Source: an uncultured Bacteroidota bacterium
GTDB lineage: Bacteria > Bacteroidota > Bacteroidia > UBA7662 > CAMTUB01
Direction: 5' to 3'
DNA: 64,000 bases
Assembly (NCBI GenBank): GCA_947084835.1
Contig: CAMTUB010000016.1
Coordinates: 9,738 to 73,737, forward strand
Shown here: positions 31,269-39,637 of the stretch, piece by piece
How positions within the stretch are numbered: position 1 is the stretch's first letter
Layout of the letters: every line of letters starts with the position of its first letter
The notes under the pieces: generated by a model
Told to the model about the DNA's origin: nothing
Seen by the model: the letters and a program-made list of their open reading frames with translations, nothing else
Database searches by the model: none
Made by a program: the position numbers and the translations under genes

Positions 31269-31564
31269 AGCGCAAAGATGTATAATCCATCTTAATTAAA
31301 AACGCAAAAAGAATTAGCCGATAGATTATTCCTTATATCGCTCTGTTTTTGAGTTATTAACAAATAGGAGTTAAATAATTTTTATATGGCTAATTGTTTT
31401 GTTGAAAACATACAATGGTTTTATATGTTTAAAACATAGTTATATAATTTTTGTTCACTAGGTTTGTGTAATATTTTTTATGATAATTGATTTTAATTGG
31501 TTTTTAAGGAAACTGACTATAGGATTGTTTATCAAAAAACTTTAAACCACTAACACAAAGAATT

Positions 31565-33211
31565 ATGAGAAAATTTGCAGCTATAGTATTCGTATTGGCA
31601 GCTCTATTAAGCCTGAGTTCAAAAGCGAATAACATTAATGTTACTAACGTAATTCTATTAGGGCAAAATACGGTAAACAAAAGCACCCTAATAAAATTTG
31701 ATATTTCGTGGAACAATTCCTGGCGTGTAAATGTCGGGCCCTCAAACTGGGATGCAGCTTGGGTTTTTGCAAAATTCCGTAAGAAAAATGCACAAAATTG
31801 GAATCATGCAACATTGAATTGGGTGAATGGCGCAGGCACAGCCGATGGTCACACCGTACCAACAGGAAGTGTTATCTCAAGTTCAAATGATAACGGTGCT
31901 GGAGGTTCCCGTGGTGTTTTTATATACGGTGATACTGCATTCACGCAACAATCGGTGAATTATTCTGGTGTTCAGTTACGTTGGAATTATGGGGTAGACC
32001 TTGTAAATGATGAAGATAGTATAGAGCTATGTGTAATGGCTTTTGAAATGGTTTATGTGCCCCAAGGAAGTTTTTATTTAGGCGATGGCAACCCAACTAT
32101 TATCGGGCAATTTAGAGCTCAAGCAACAAATACACCTTTTCAAGTAACCTCTGAGTCTGCAATTACTTTAGGTGGAAGCGCTGCAACATCCTTATTAAAT
32201 AATAATGCAACTGGAATGGTAACCCCTGACGATTTTAATACCACTACATCCCAATCATTACCAGCTTCCTTTCCTAAAGGCTTTGGTGCGTTTTATGTAA
32301 TGAAGTATGAAATCTCACAAGAACAATATGTAGAGTTTTTAAATAAACTGACACGTACACAACAGGCTCAAAGGTTTCTATCAGTCGTTGTTGGAAACTA
32401 TATGTGGTCGGGTTCCGGAGCAACAATTCCTCAAAATAGAAATGGGATAAGATTAATTTCAGATCCAGGAGGGCTATTGTCTAGGGTATATGGCAATGAT
32501 TTAAATAATAACAATTTCCCTGGAGAAGCTACCGATGGACAAAACATTGCTTGCAATTGGCTGAGTTCTGTTGACTTACTAGCATTTTTAGATTGGAGTG
32601 GTTTAAGGCCTTTAACTGAACTAGAATATGAAAAAGCTTGCCGTGGAAATCAAGTTCCATTTTCAGGAGAGTACGCTTGGGGTGGTATAAATATTTTAGC
32701 AGCATCTGGAATTTCAAATCCTGGTGCAAATAATGAAGTTGCAAACAACTATGCAAGCAATTGCGTATACAACAATACAGGTGGTGTAAATGGCCCGATG
32801 CGTGTTGGAAACTTTGCACAATCAGCAACAAATCGCGAACAAGCTGGTGCAGGATATTACGGCATCATGGAATTGACTGGAAATGTTTGGGAAGACGTAG
32901 TTTTAGTTGGGTCGGTTGCCGGGAGGTCTTTTACAGGTATACATGGAAATGGAGCGTTAAATGCTAATGGCCAAGCAGATGTAAATTTTTGGCCAGGCAT
33001 TAATGGTAATAATACAACTAGTACTATCAACGGTACATATAATGGGGTAACGGGTTGCACTGGTTTTGCAGGCATAAGCTTTACTGGTGGAACATGGAAT
33101 AATATCAGTTGGTTAACTGTTTCAGACAGAAATTACAGGGGAGCTGGATTTTCAGGAATTACTGTAAGAGATACTAGAAATGGTGGAAGAGGCGCAAGGT
33201 TAGCTCCTTAA
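31565..33211 (+). CDS. Secreted FGE-sulfatase (SUMF1/EgtB/PvdO-like, CLec fold) domain protein with extra N-terminal beta domain
   Basis: Signal peptide ending SKA; MVYVPQGSFYLG, MKYEISQEQY, LRPLTELEYEKACRG, YAWG, GIMELTGNVWE, GGTW, GGRGAR. Confidence 0.88.
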   Translation: MRKFAAIVFVLAALLSLSSKANNINVTNVILLGQNTVNKSTLIKFDISWNNSWRVNVGPSNWDAAWVFAKFRKKNAQNWNHATLNWVNGAGTADGHTVPTGSVISSSNDNGAGGSRGVFIYGDTAFTQQSVNYSGVQLRWNYGVDLVNDEDSIELCVMAFEMVYVPQGSFYLGDGNPTIIGQFRAQATNTPFQVTSESAITLGGSAATSLLNNNATGMVTPDDFNTTTSQSLPASFPKGFGAFYVMKYEISQEQYVEFLNKLTRTQQAQRFLSVVVGNYMWSGSGATIPQNRNGIRLISDPGGLLSRVYGNDLNNNNFPGEATDGQNIACNWLSSVDLLAFLDWSGLRPLTELEYEKACRGNQVPFSGEYAWGGINILAASGISNPGANNEVANNYASNCVYNNTGGVNGPMRVGNFAQSATNREQAGAGYYGIMELTGNVWEDVVLVGSVAGRSFTGIHGNGALNANGQADVNFWPGINGNNTTSTINGTYNGVTGCTGFAGISFTGGTWNNISWLTVSDRNYRGAGFSGITVRDTRNGGRGARLAP

Positions 33212-33234
33212 TTAGCCGTTCCTTTTTTTACTTT

Positions 33235-35424
33235 TTGAACGTGTTTAAGAAAATTCTTTTTTTCTATCTGTTATTGTTTTGCCATACTTTAATGGCTCAG
33301 GTATACAGTGGAGGAATAGGAGGAAAGCCCATAATATCTTGCTACACGCAAAATCAAAATCAAAAACTAAATATCTATAATGGCGGAATTGCAGGAGGTT
33401 TCGCATTAAAGGTATTTAGTCAGGCTGAAAACCAGGTTCTTAAAATATATAGTGGCGGATCTCAATCTGGAAGTATTATAAGCTGTGTTATTCAACTTGA
33501 AAGCCCATTGTTATCCATCTATAATGGGGGAGAATCAGGTGGATTCTCTTTAAATTGTTATGTTCAGTCTGAAAGTCCATTACTAGCAATTTATAAAGGT
33601 GGGGAGTCAGGTGGGTTTAGTGTAGGTAACTACATTCAATCCGAAAATTTATTTTTGGCAATTTATAATGGTGGAATTTCCAGTGGGTATTCAAGCAATT
33701 GTTATTCACAAGCAGATAATCCAATAACAAATATATATAAAGGGAGCGCAGGAAGCGGCTTTGCAACAAGCTGCTTCTATTTATCAATTGAAAAAGTTAA
33801 TAGTATATATAACGGTGGTGTTGCTGGTGGTAAAATGGTTAATTGCTATGTACCTCCTTCAATTCCATTAAATAATATATACAAAGGCGGTGTTTCAAGC
33901 GTCACCTCTACATTTTGTTATTCTCAAAATAAAAATCGTAATTTAGACATATATTCAGGCGGGAGGTCTGCTAGCTTAAGTTTTACAAACTGCATAATAC
34001 AGCAATCAAACCCAAACTTAGATATTTATAAAGGGGGAATTTCTGATGGTTTTGCCTCCATTTGTTTCAATCAAAATTCAAACCCAAACTTATCTATTTT
34101 TAATGGCGGAACAGGAGATGGTTTTGCCCTACAATGTTTTTCACAAGCAGTAAATTCATCGTTAGATATATATAATGGAGGAGGAATGGGAGGCAGCCTA
34201 GTAAGTTGCTATGCAAAAAATTCAAACTCCTTGTTGGATATTTTCCGCGGTGGAGTTGGCGATGGTTTTGATGCTAAATCATTTACTCAAGCTCGTAATT
34301 TCATGCTTGATATTTATTCAGGTGGTAGCTCAATGGGAAGTTTGGTAAATTGCTATTTAAAAACATCCTTTTCGCCAGCCAATATTTATTTGGGTGGTAA
34401 TTCATTAGGCAAACCTATAAGTTGCTACGAAAAAACATCGTATTCAATGGTTGATATTTTTGCTGGTGGGGGCTCAATGGGTAACTTAATAAATTGCTAT
34501 GTTAAATCACCCAATTCATTAGCTGATATTTATGCTGGAGGGAGTTCAACAGGAAATCTAATAAATTGTTACCTGAAAACATCCTATTCACTATCCAATA
34601 TTTATTTGGGAGGTAGTTCCGTTGGGAAACCTATAAATTGCTACGAAAAGGCATCTTATTCACTAGTTGATATTTATTCGGGTGGAGGGTCAATGGGTAA
34701 CTTAATAAATTGCTACGTTAAATCACCCAATTCATTTGCGGATATATATGCTGGAGGGAATTCAACAGGAAACCTAATTAATTGCTACCTGAAATCATCC
34801 TTTTCACTTTTTGATATCTATAAAGGAGGTAAAAACATAGGCTTTCTACAACTGTGTGCCGAGTTTTATGGCCTTAAAAACGAGCCATTGCCGATTACTT
34901 TAACCGCTTTCGAAGCTAATTGTGTTGGAAGTTGGGTAAACATAAATTGGGTTACTTCATTAGAAATAAATAATGCTCAATTTACATTAGAGAGAAGCTC
35001 TAACGGTTTAAGTTGGAATGTTGCCGGAAAGGTTGAAGCTGTTGGTAATTCAACCCAAATTAATAAATATACTTTTAATGATTGGGCAAAATCGCCCGAA
35101 AATAAATTTTACCGATTAAAGCAAACAGACTTAAATGGCGCGTATTCATACTCAAATGTCGTAATGAGTCAAAACTGCGCTACTGCTTTAGACGAAAATT
35201 TCATAATATATCCAAATCCATCTTCAGGAGAGTTTGTAGTTGTTTCGAAAGTAAACGGATGGGATTTTGAAATTTTTACAACTCTCGGTAAACCGATAGC
35301 TAAGCAATTAAACAACTCTGAGTTAACAAAAATCGACCTATCAAACCATCCAAATGGAGTGTATTTTATTCAGATAAAATCTGAAAATGGGTCAACTACA
35401 CAAAGTATAGTGATTGTAAAGTAG
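33235..35424 (+). CDS. T9SS type A cargo protein with 22 tandem 24-aa Gly/Cys repeats
   Basis: Signal peptide ending LMA-Q, repeat array, PLPITLTAFEA...LERS...YRLKQTDLNG Ig-like domain, IYPNPSSG...GVYFIQI CTD. Confidence 0.88.
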   Translation: MNVFKKILFFYLLLFCHTLMAQVYSGGIGGKPIISCYTQNQNQKLNIYNGGIAGGFALKVFSQAENQVLKIYSGGSQSGSIISCVIQLESPLLSIYNGGESGGFSLNCYVQSESPLLAIYKGGESGGFSVGNYIQSENLFLAIYNGGISSGYSSNCYSQADNPITNIYKGSAGSGFATSCFYLSIEKVNSIYNGGVAGGKMVNCYVPPSIPLNNIYKGGVSSVTSTFCYSQNKNRNLDIYSGGRSASLSFTNCIIQQSNPNLDIYKGGISDGFASICFNQNSNPNLSIFNGGTGDGFALQCFSQAVNSSLDIYNGGGMGGSLVSCYAKNSNSLLDIFRGGVGDGFDAKSFTQARNFMLDIYSGGSSMGSLVNCYLKTSFSPANIYLGGNSLGKPISCYEKTSYSMVDIFAGGGSMGNLINCYVKSPNSLADIYAGGSSTGNLINCYLKTSYSLSNIYLGGSSVGKPINCYEKASYSLVDIYSGGGSMGNLINCYVKSPNSFADIYAGGNSTGNLINCYLKSSFSLFDIYKGGKNIGFLQLCAEFYGLKNEPLPITLTAFEANCVGSWVNINWVTSLEINNAQFTLERSSNGLSWNVAGKVEAVGNSTQINKYTFNDWAKSPENKFYRLKQTDLNGAYSYSNVVMSQNCATALDENFIIYPNPSSGEFVVVSKVNGWDFEIFTTLGKPIAKQLNNSELTKIDLSNHPNGVYFIQIKSENGSTTQSIVIVK
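33301..34887 (+). repeat. Coding tandem repeat, 22 units of 72 nt (24 aa; one unit 25 aa)
   Basis: Consensus I[YF]xGGxxxGxxxxC[YF]x9, counted unit by unit in the translation. Confidence 0.95.
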
Positions 35425-35490
35425 TTTAATATAATTATCAACTTAAGTCATATTGTAAAAACAAAGCAGAGTTGTATTAATTTTGACCCA

Positions 35491-36096
35491 GTGATATATC
35501 CATCAAGATTAATAGAAGAAGCTGTAAATGCATTTGCTTCATTGCCAGGAATAGGTAAAAAAACTGCTTTAAGATTGACACTTCATTTATTAAAAAAGGA
35601 AGCTTTTGATTCGCATAGGTTAAGTAAAGCGGTTTCTGAATTAAGAGACAATGTGCTTTATTGTGCAATTTGCAATAATGTTTCTGATGATAAAATATGC
35701 GGCATTTGCGCCAATAATTCAAGAGATAAGTCGATTGTTTGTGTTGTTGCCGATCTTAGAGATGTTATAGCCATAGAGCAAACCCAAACATTCAAAGGTA
35801 CATATCATGTGTTAGGTGGTCTTATTTCTCCAATTGATGGAGTAACCCCAGATAAGCTCAATATTATTTCGTTAATCGACAGGGTAAATACTGGGCATAT
35901 TCAGGAGCTGATATTTGCATTTAGTGCGAACATTGAAGGCGATACAACCGCATTTTATTTAAGCAAAAAGCTTACAAATCCTGAATTGAAAATATCAACA
36001 ATTGCTCGTGGAATATCAGTTGGTGGTGAGATTGAATATGCAGATGAATTAACTCTTGCAAGATCAATTTTAAATAGAACGAGTCTAAAAATTTGA
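35491..36096 (+). CDS. recR: Recombination mediator RecR
   Basis: LPGIGKKTALRL, CxxC...CxxC, YHVLGGLISP, EGDTTA, IARGI, YADELTL. Confidence 0.97.
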   Translation: MIYPSRLIEEAVNAFASLPGIGKKTALRLTLHLLKKEAFDSHRLSKAVSELRDNVLYCAICNNVSDDKICGICANNSRDKSIVCVVADLRDVIAIEQTQTFKGTYHVLGGLISPIDGVTPDKLNIISLIDRVNTGHIQELIFAFSANIEGDTTAFYLSKKLTNPELKISTIARGISVGGEIEYADELTLARSILNRTSLKI

Positions 36097-36142
36097 CATT
36101 AATCATAAAATGTGTACATTGTTATATTAAATTACACATCAA

Positions 36143-36763
36143 ATGAAAAAAGTTTACAGGTTATTGCTCCTTTGCTTGTTAGTTATTGGAAATTCATCTT
36201 CTTATGCTCAGGTAAAACATATTATTACTGTTTCTAATAATTTCTTTTCGCCCTCTTCTAAAACAATAAATTTAGGAGATACAGTTGAATTTAGAAATTC
36301 TAGCGGTTTCCATAATATTAATGGTACGGTTGGAACTTATCCCCAAAATCCACAGAGTTTTGGGAATAGTGTAAATTCAAACTGGGTTTATCAATTTAAA
36401 TTTACGGTACCAGGAACATATAATTACCAATGTGACCCGCATGTTGGTGCAAATATGTTGGGTAGCATCACCGTTTTAAATAATGCGAGCAGTTCAGATT
36501 TAAACATTTCAAAGCAAATTAGCGTATATCCTAATCCTGCAACAGATTGGTTAATTTTTTCAATTCCAGACGAACTTATACTTAAAAACCAAATTGTGAA
36601 TATTTCGATATTTAATATAATCGGTAAAAAAGTGCATTCCGAAGAGGTAAACGATTCCAAATTAGTACAGGTTGATATTAGCAGCCTACCTAAAGGAATT
36701 TATGTTTACCAGATAATGTCTACTACTGGTGTTTTAAAGTCTGGTAAAATAAACATTAAATAA
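36143..36763 (+). CDS. Plastocyanin/azurin-family cupredoxin with type A T9SS C-terminal domain
   Basis: Signal peptide, FSP...GDTV, GFHN, PGTYNYQCDPHVGANMLGSITV (His/Cys/His/Met type 1 Cu ligands), VYPNPA...LPKGIYVY. Confidence 0.88.
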   Translation: MKKVYRLLLLCLLVIGNSSSYAQVKHIITVSNNFFSPSSKTINLGDTVEFRNSSGFHNINGTVGTYPQNPQSFGNSVNSNWVYQFKFTVPGTYNYQCDPHVGANMLGSITVLNNASSSDLNISKQISVYPNPATDWLIFSIPDELILKNQIVNISIFNIIGKKVHSEEVNDSKLVQVDISSLPKGIYVYQIMSTTGVLKSGKINIK

Positions 36764-36805
36764 AAAAAGTAGGGCACTGTGCACTGCACAGTGCCCTACT
36801 TTTTT
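36763..36805. terminator. Long perfect inverted repeat / bidirectional terminator
   Basis: 21-bp arms AAAAAAGTAGGGCACTGTGCA with a 1-nt centre, touching both stop codons. Confidence 0.85.
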
Positions 36806-37964
36806 AGTTAAAGTAATCTCTTACTTTTTCGAAAAATGATTTTCGTTGCGCCTGTGTAGGCAAAAAGTTTTCGCTATTCTTAAGTTGTTCAAGCATTTGA
36901 GTTTCCTCTTTCGAAACTTTTTGAGGTGTCCAAACATTTACCTCAATTAATAAGTCGCCCTTGTTATAACTATTTACCGATGGCAAACCTTTGCCACGTA
37001 AACGCAACACTTTACCTGATTGTGTGCCCGCTTCAATTTTAATTTTAGCTTTTCCATCTAAGGTTGGTACTTCAACAGAAGCCCCTAACGTTGCATCTGC
37101 AAAATTAACAAAAAGGGTATATATCAAATTTTGATTATCACGCTTAAATTCTACGTGTTCTTCCTCTTCTATAAGAATATGTAAATCGCCATTAACACCG
37201 CCACGTAAAGCTGCATGGCCTTTTCCTGAAACATTTAACTGCATGCTATCTGCAACACCTGCAGGTATGTTAACAGTAATTATGTCTTCTGCAAATGCGC
37301 GACCTTCGCCACTACAAGTAGTACATTTCGAAGTAATTATTTTTCCTTCTCCATTACACGAATGGCATGTAGCCGTGGTAGCCATTTGCCCTAAAATTGT
37401 ATTGGTGATTTTACGCACAGAACCCATTCCATTACATGTGCCACACGTTTGAAAAGACGAACTGTCTTTTGCTCCGTTACCGTTACACGTTCCGCAAGCA
37501 ACGTATTTTTTTACTTTTAGTTTTTTCTCAACCCCAGTTGCAATATCTTCAAGGGTAAGCTTTACTTTAATACGTATGTTTTGTCCGCGGTTTACATTTC
37601 TGCCAGCATTTCTACCGCCACCGGATCTGCCACCACCCCCAAAAAAGCTTTCAAACGGATTGTTGTCTCCAAAAACATCGCCAAACTGACTAAAAATATC
37701 GTCCATAGAGAAACCACCGCTTTGGAAACCTCCTCCGCCATTCATTCCTTGGTGGCCAAATCTGTCGTATTGGGCTCTTTTATCTCCATTGCTTAAAACC
37801 TCGTAAGCTTCAGCGGCTTCTTTAAACTTATCTTCAGCGCTTTGGTCATCAGGGTTTTTATCGGGATGATATTTTAGGGCCATCTTACGATACGCCTTTT
37901 TTAATTCATCTTCCGTTGAATTTTTAGAAACTCCAAGAACTTCGTAATAATCACGTTTGCTCAT
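36804..37964 (-). CDS. dnaJ: Molecular chaperone DnaJ
   Basis: DYYEVLG, HPD, G/F-rich region, four CxxCxGxG motifs. Confidence 0.98.
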   Translation of the reverse strand: MSKRDYYEVLGVSKNSTEDELKKAYRKMALKYHPDKNPDDQSAEDKFKEAAEAYEVLSNGDKRAQYDRFGHQGMNGGGGFQSGGFSMDDIFSQFGDVFGDNNPFESFFGGGGRSGGGRNAGRNVNRGQNIRIKVKLTLEDIATGVEKKLKVKKYVACGTCNGNGAKDSSSFQTCGTCNGMGSVRKITNTILGQMATTATCHSCNGEGKIITSKCTTCSGEGRAFAEDIITVNIPAGVADSMQLNVSGKGHAALRGGVNGDLHILIEEEEHVEFKRDNQNLIYTLFVNFADATLGASVEVPTLDGKAKIKIEAGTQSGKVLRLRGKGLPSVNSYNKGDLLIEVNVWTPQKVSKEETQMLEQLKNSENFLPTQAQRKSFFEKVRDYFN

Positions 37965-37984
37965 TATACTTTTTATTTACTCTA

Positions 37985-38551
37985 TTAAACGCTAACAATA
38001 ACTTTCGAAAAACGGATTACTGAGTCGTTTAACTTATAGCCTTTTTCAACCTCTGCAATAATGGTATTTTTATTTTTAGCATCTCCCGGAACTTGAGAAA
38101 TAGCTTCATGTAAATCAGTATCTAACTTGCAGTTTGTAGCTTCAATCGGAGTTAAGCCTTTATTTGTTAAAATACTTTTGAACTTGTTATAGGTAAGTTG
38201 AACTCCTGTTTTTAACGATTCAATGTCAGAAGATTTTTCCATGGTTTCTAATCCACGTTCAAAATCATCCAAAACAGGCAACATTTCAACCACAACTTCT
38301 TTAGCAGCTGTTTTTAAAAAATCTAAACGTTCTTTAGATGATCTACGCTTGTAATTTTCAAATTCAGCTAGATTGCGAATCAACTTATCGTTTAATTCAG
38401 CAACTTCTAACTTAAGTTTTTCAACCTCTGACATATCGTCAGCAGGTGCGTTTTCGATTTCTTCGTTGAATGGAATATCTGAAGTAATGTCGTCCGCATT
38501 TGTGGTATTAATTTCGCTGTCGTGTAAATTCTTATCTTTCTTTGATGACAT
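37985..38551 (-). CDS. grpE: Nucleotide exchange factor GrpE
   Basis: AEFENYKRR, LPVLDDFER, HEAI, KGYKLND.VIR; start set to ATG 38551. Confidence 0.95.
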   Translation of the reverse strand: MSSKKDKNLHDSEINTTNADDITSDIPFNEEIENAPADDMSEVEKLKLEVAELNDKLIRNLAEFENYKRRSSKERLDFLKTAAKEVVVEMLPVLDDFERGLETMEKSSDIESLKTGVQLTYNKFKSILTNKGLTPIEATNCKLDTDLHEAISQVPGDAKNKNTIIAEVEKGYKLNDSVIRFSKVIVSV

Positions 38552-38573
38552 CGTGTACTTTTTTTTAAAGGCT

Positions 38574-38613
38574 TCAAATTTCTTGCCATTGGATACGTTT
38601 TGCCATGTTGTCA
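38574..38613 (-). promoter_or_regulatory. Candidate heat-shock operator plus sigma54-like promoter upstream of grpE
   Basis: Minus strand reads TGACA-aca-TGGCA, then TGGCAAGAAATTTGA (GG-N10-GA). Confidence 0.45.
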
Positions 38614-38683
38614 CTTTACCATAAAATAGTTTTTGGCTGATATTAACTTTTTTATTTTCAAATTTGCACTTTAACCTTGATTA

Positions 38684-39631
38684 ATGGAGCCGAGTAAAGA
38701 GATATTAGACCGCTTACAGAAGTTAGAAGATAAGTTTGCAGCATCTGGGCAAGATATTCTTTCGTACCTCGATGGGTTAATGTATGCTGATTTTTTAACG
38801 TATTGGGATTACATTAATTTGGATGTTTTGCTAAATCTTCAGCAACCTCGTACTCCATTTCCTGACGAGAAAATTTTCATTATTTATCATCAAATTACAG
38901 AGTTGTATTTTAATTTGATTTTGCATGAGCAATCTCAAATTGTTGAACATCCCGCACTAGAAATTGACTTTTTTATTGCGCGTCTAAAAAGAGTTAACGA
39001 TTATTTTGAAAGCTTAATTCAGTCGTTTTCTATTATGGTTACGGGAATGGATAAAGCACAATTTCTTAAATACCGGATGGCGCTGTTGCCCGCAAGCGGT
39101 TTTCAATCGGTGCAATACCGTAAAATCGAAATATATTCTACCGATTTTTATCAACTCGTTGATAAAGAGCTTCGATCAGATGATATGGAGGAATGGCCGA
39201 TTTATAAATTGTTCGAAAACATATATTGGAAACGCGGAGCTACGGAAATGAAATCGGGCCAAAAAACGTTAACTCTAAGACAATTTGAGGGTAAATATTC
39301 TACCGAATTGATAGAATTAGGAGAACGTAGAAAGTCGAACAATTTTAGAACCTTATACAATCTTTTTCCTGAAAGCGATAACAAGCAACTTTTAAAAGTC
39401 GAATTGCAAAAATTCGATACAAATGTTAATATAAATTGGCCATTAGTTCACTATAAATCGGCAGTAAAATATTTGCAAAAGTCGCCTGAAGACATTGCAG
39501 CTACTGGTGGTACAAATTGGCAGAAATATTTGCCTCCACGGTTTCAAAAACGCATTTTTTACCCTGAAATTTGGACAACTGAAGAGGTTGAGAATTGGGG
39601 TAAGGCTTGGGTGTCTGATAATGTTAAATAA
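38684..39631 (+). CDS. Tryptophan 2,3-dioxygenase family protein
   Basis: YWDYINLDVLL, FIIYHQITELYF, PASGFQSVQYR, ATGGT. Confidence 0.9.
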   Translation: MEPSKEILDRLQKLEDKFAASGQDILSYLDGLMYADFLTYWDYINLDVLLNLQQPRTPFPDEKIFIIYHQITELYFNLILHEQSQIVEHPALEIDFFIARLKRVNDYFESLIQSFSIMVTGMDKAQFLKYRMALLPASGFQSVQYRKIEIYSTDFYQLVDKELRSDDMEEWPIYKLFENIYWKRGATEMKSGQKTLTLRQFEGKYSTELIELGERRKSNNFRTLYNLFPESDNKQLLKVELQKFDTNVNINWPLVHYKSAVKYLQKSPEDIAATGGTNWQKYLPPRFQKRIFYPEIWTTEEVENWGKAWVSDNVK

Positions 39632-39637
39632 TTCGTT

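Noticed and set aside
33060-33211. Diversity-generating retroelement variable region at the C-terminus of the CLec/FGE-fold gene
   Set aside because: No reverse transcriptase, Avd or second near-identical template copy is visible in the window. A remote DGR cannot be excluded
31565-33211. True formylglycine-generating enzyme, or GldK/GldJ
   Set aside because: It lacks the catalytic Cys pair, the repeats lack the CxPxR substrate motif, and there is no lipobox or gld operon context
33301-34887. CRISPR array or RiPP precursor with GG leader cleavage sites
   Set aside because: The repeats are degenerate at DNA level and in frame within a signal-peptide/CTD protein. There are no cas genes, C39 peptidase transporter or recognised RiPP enzymes
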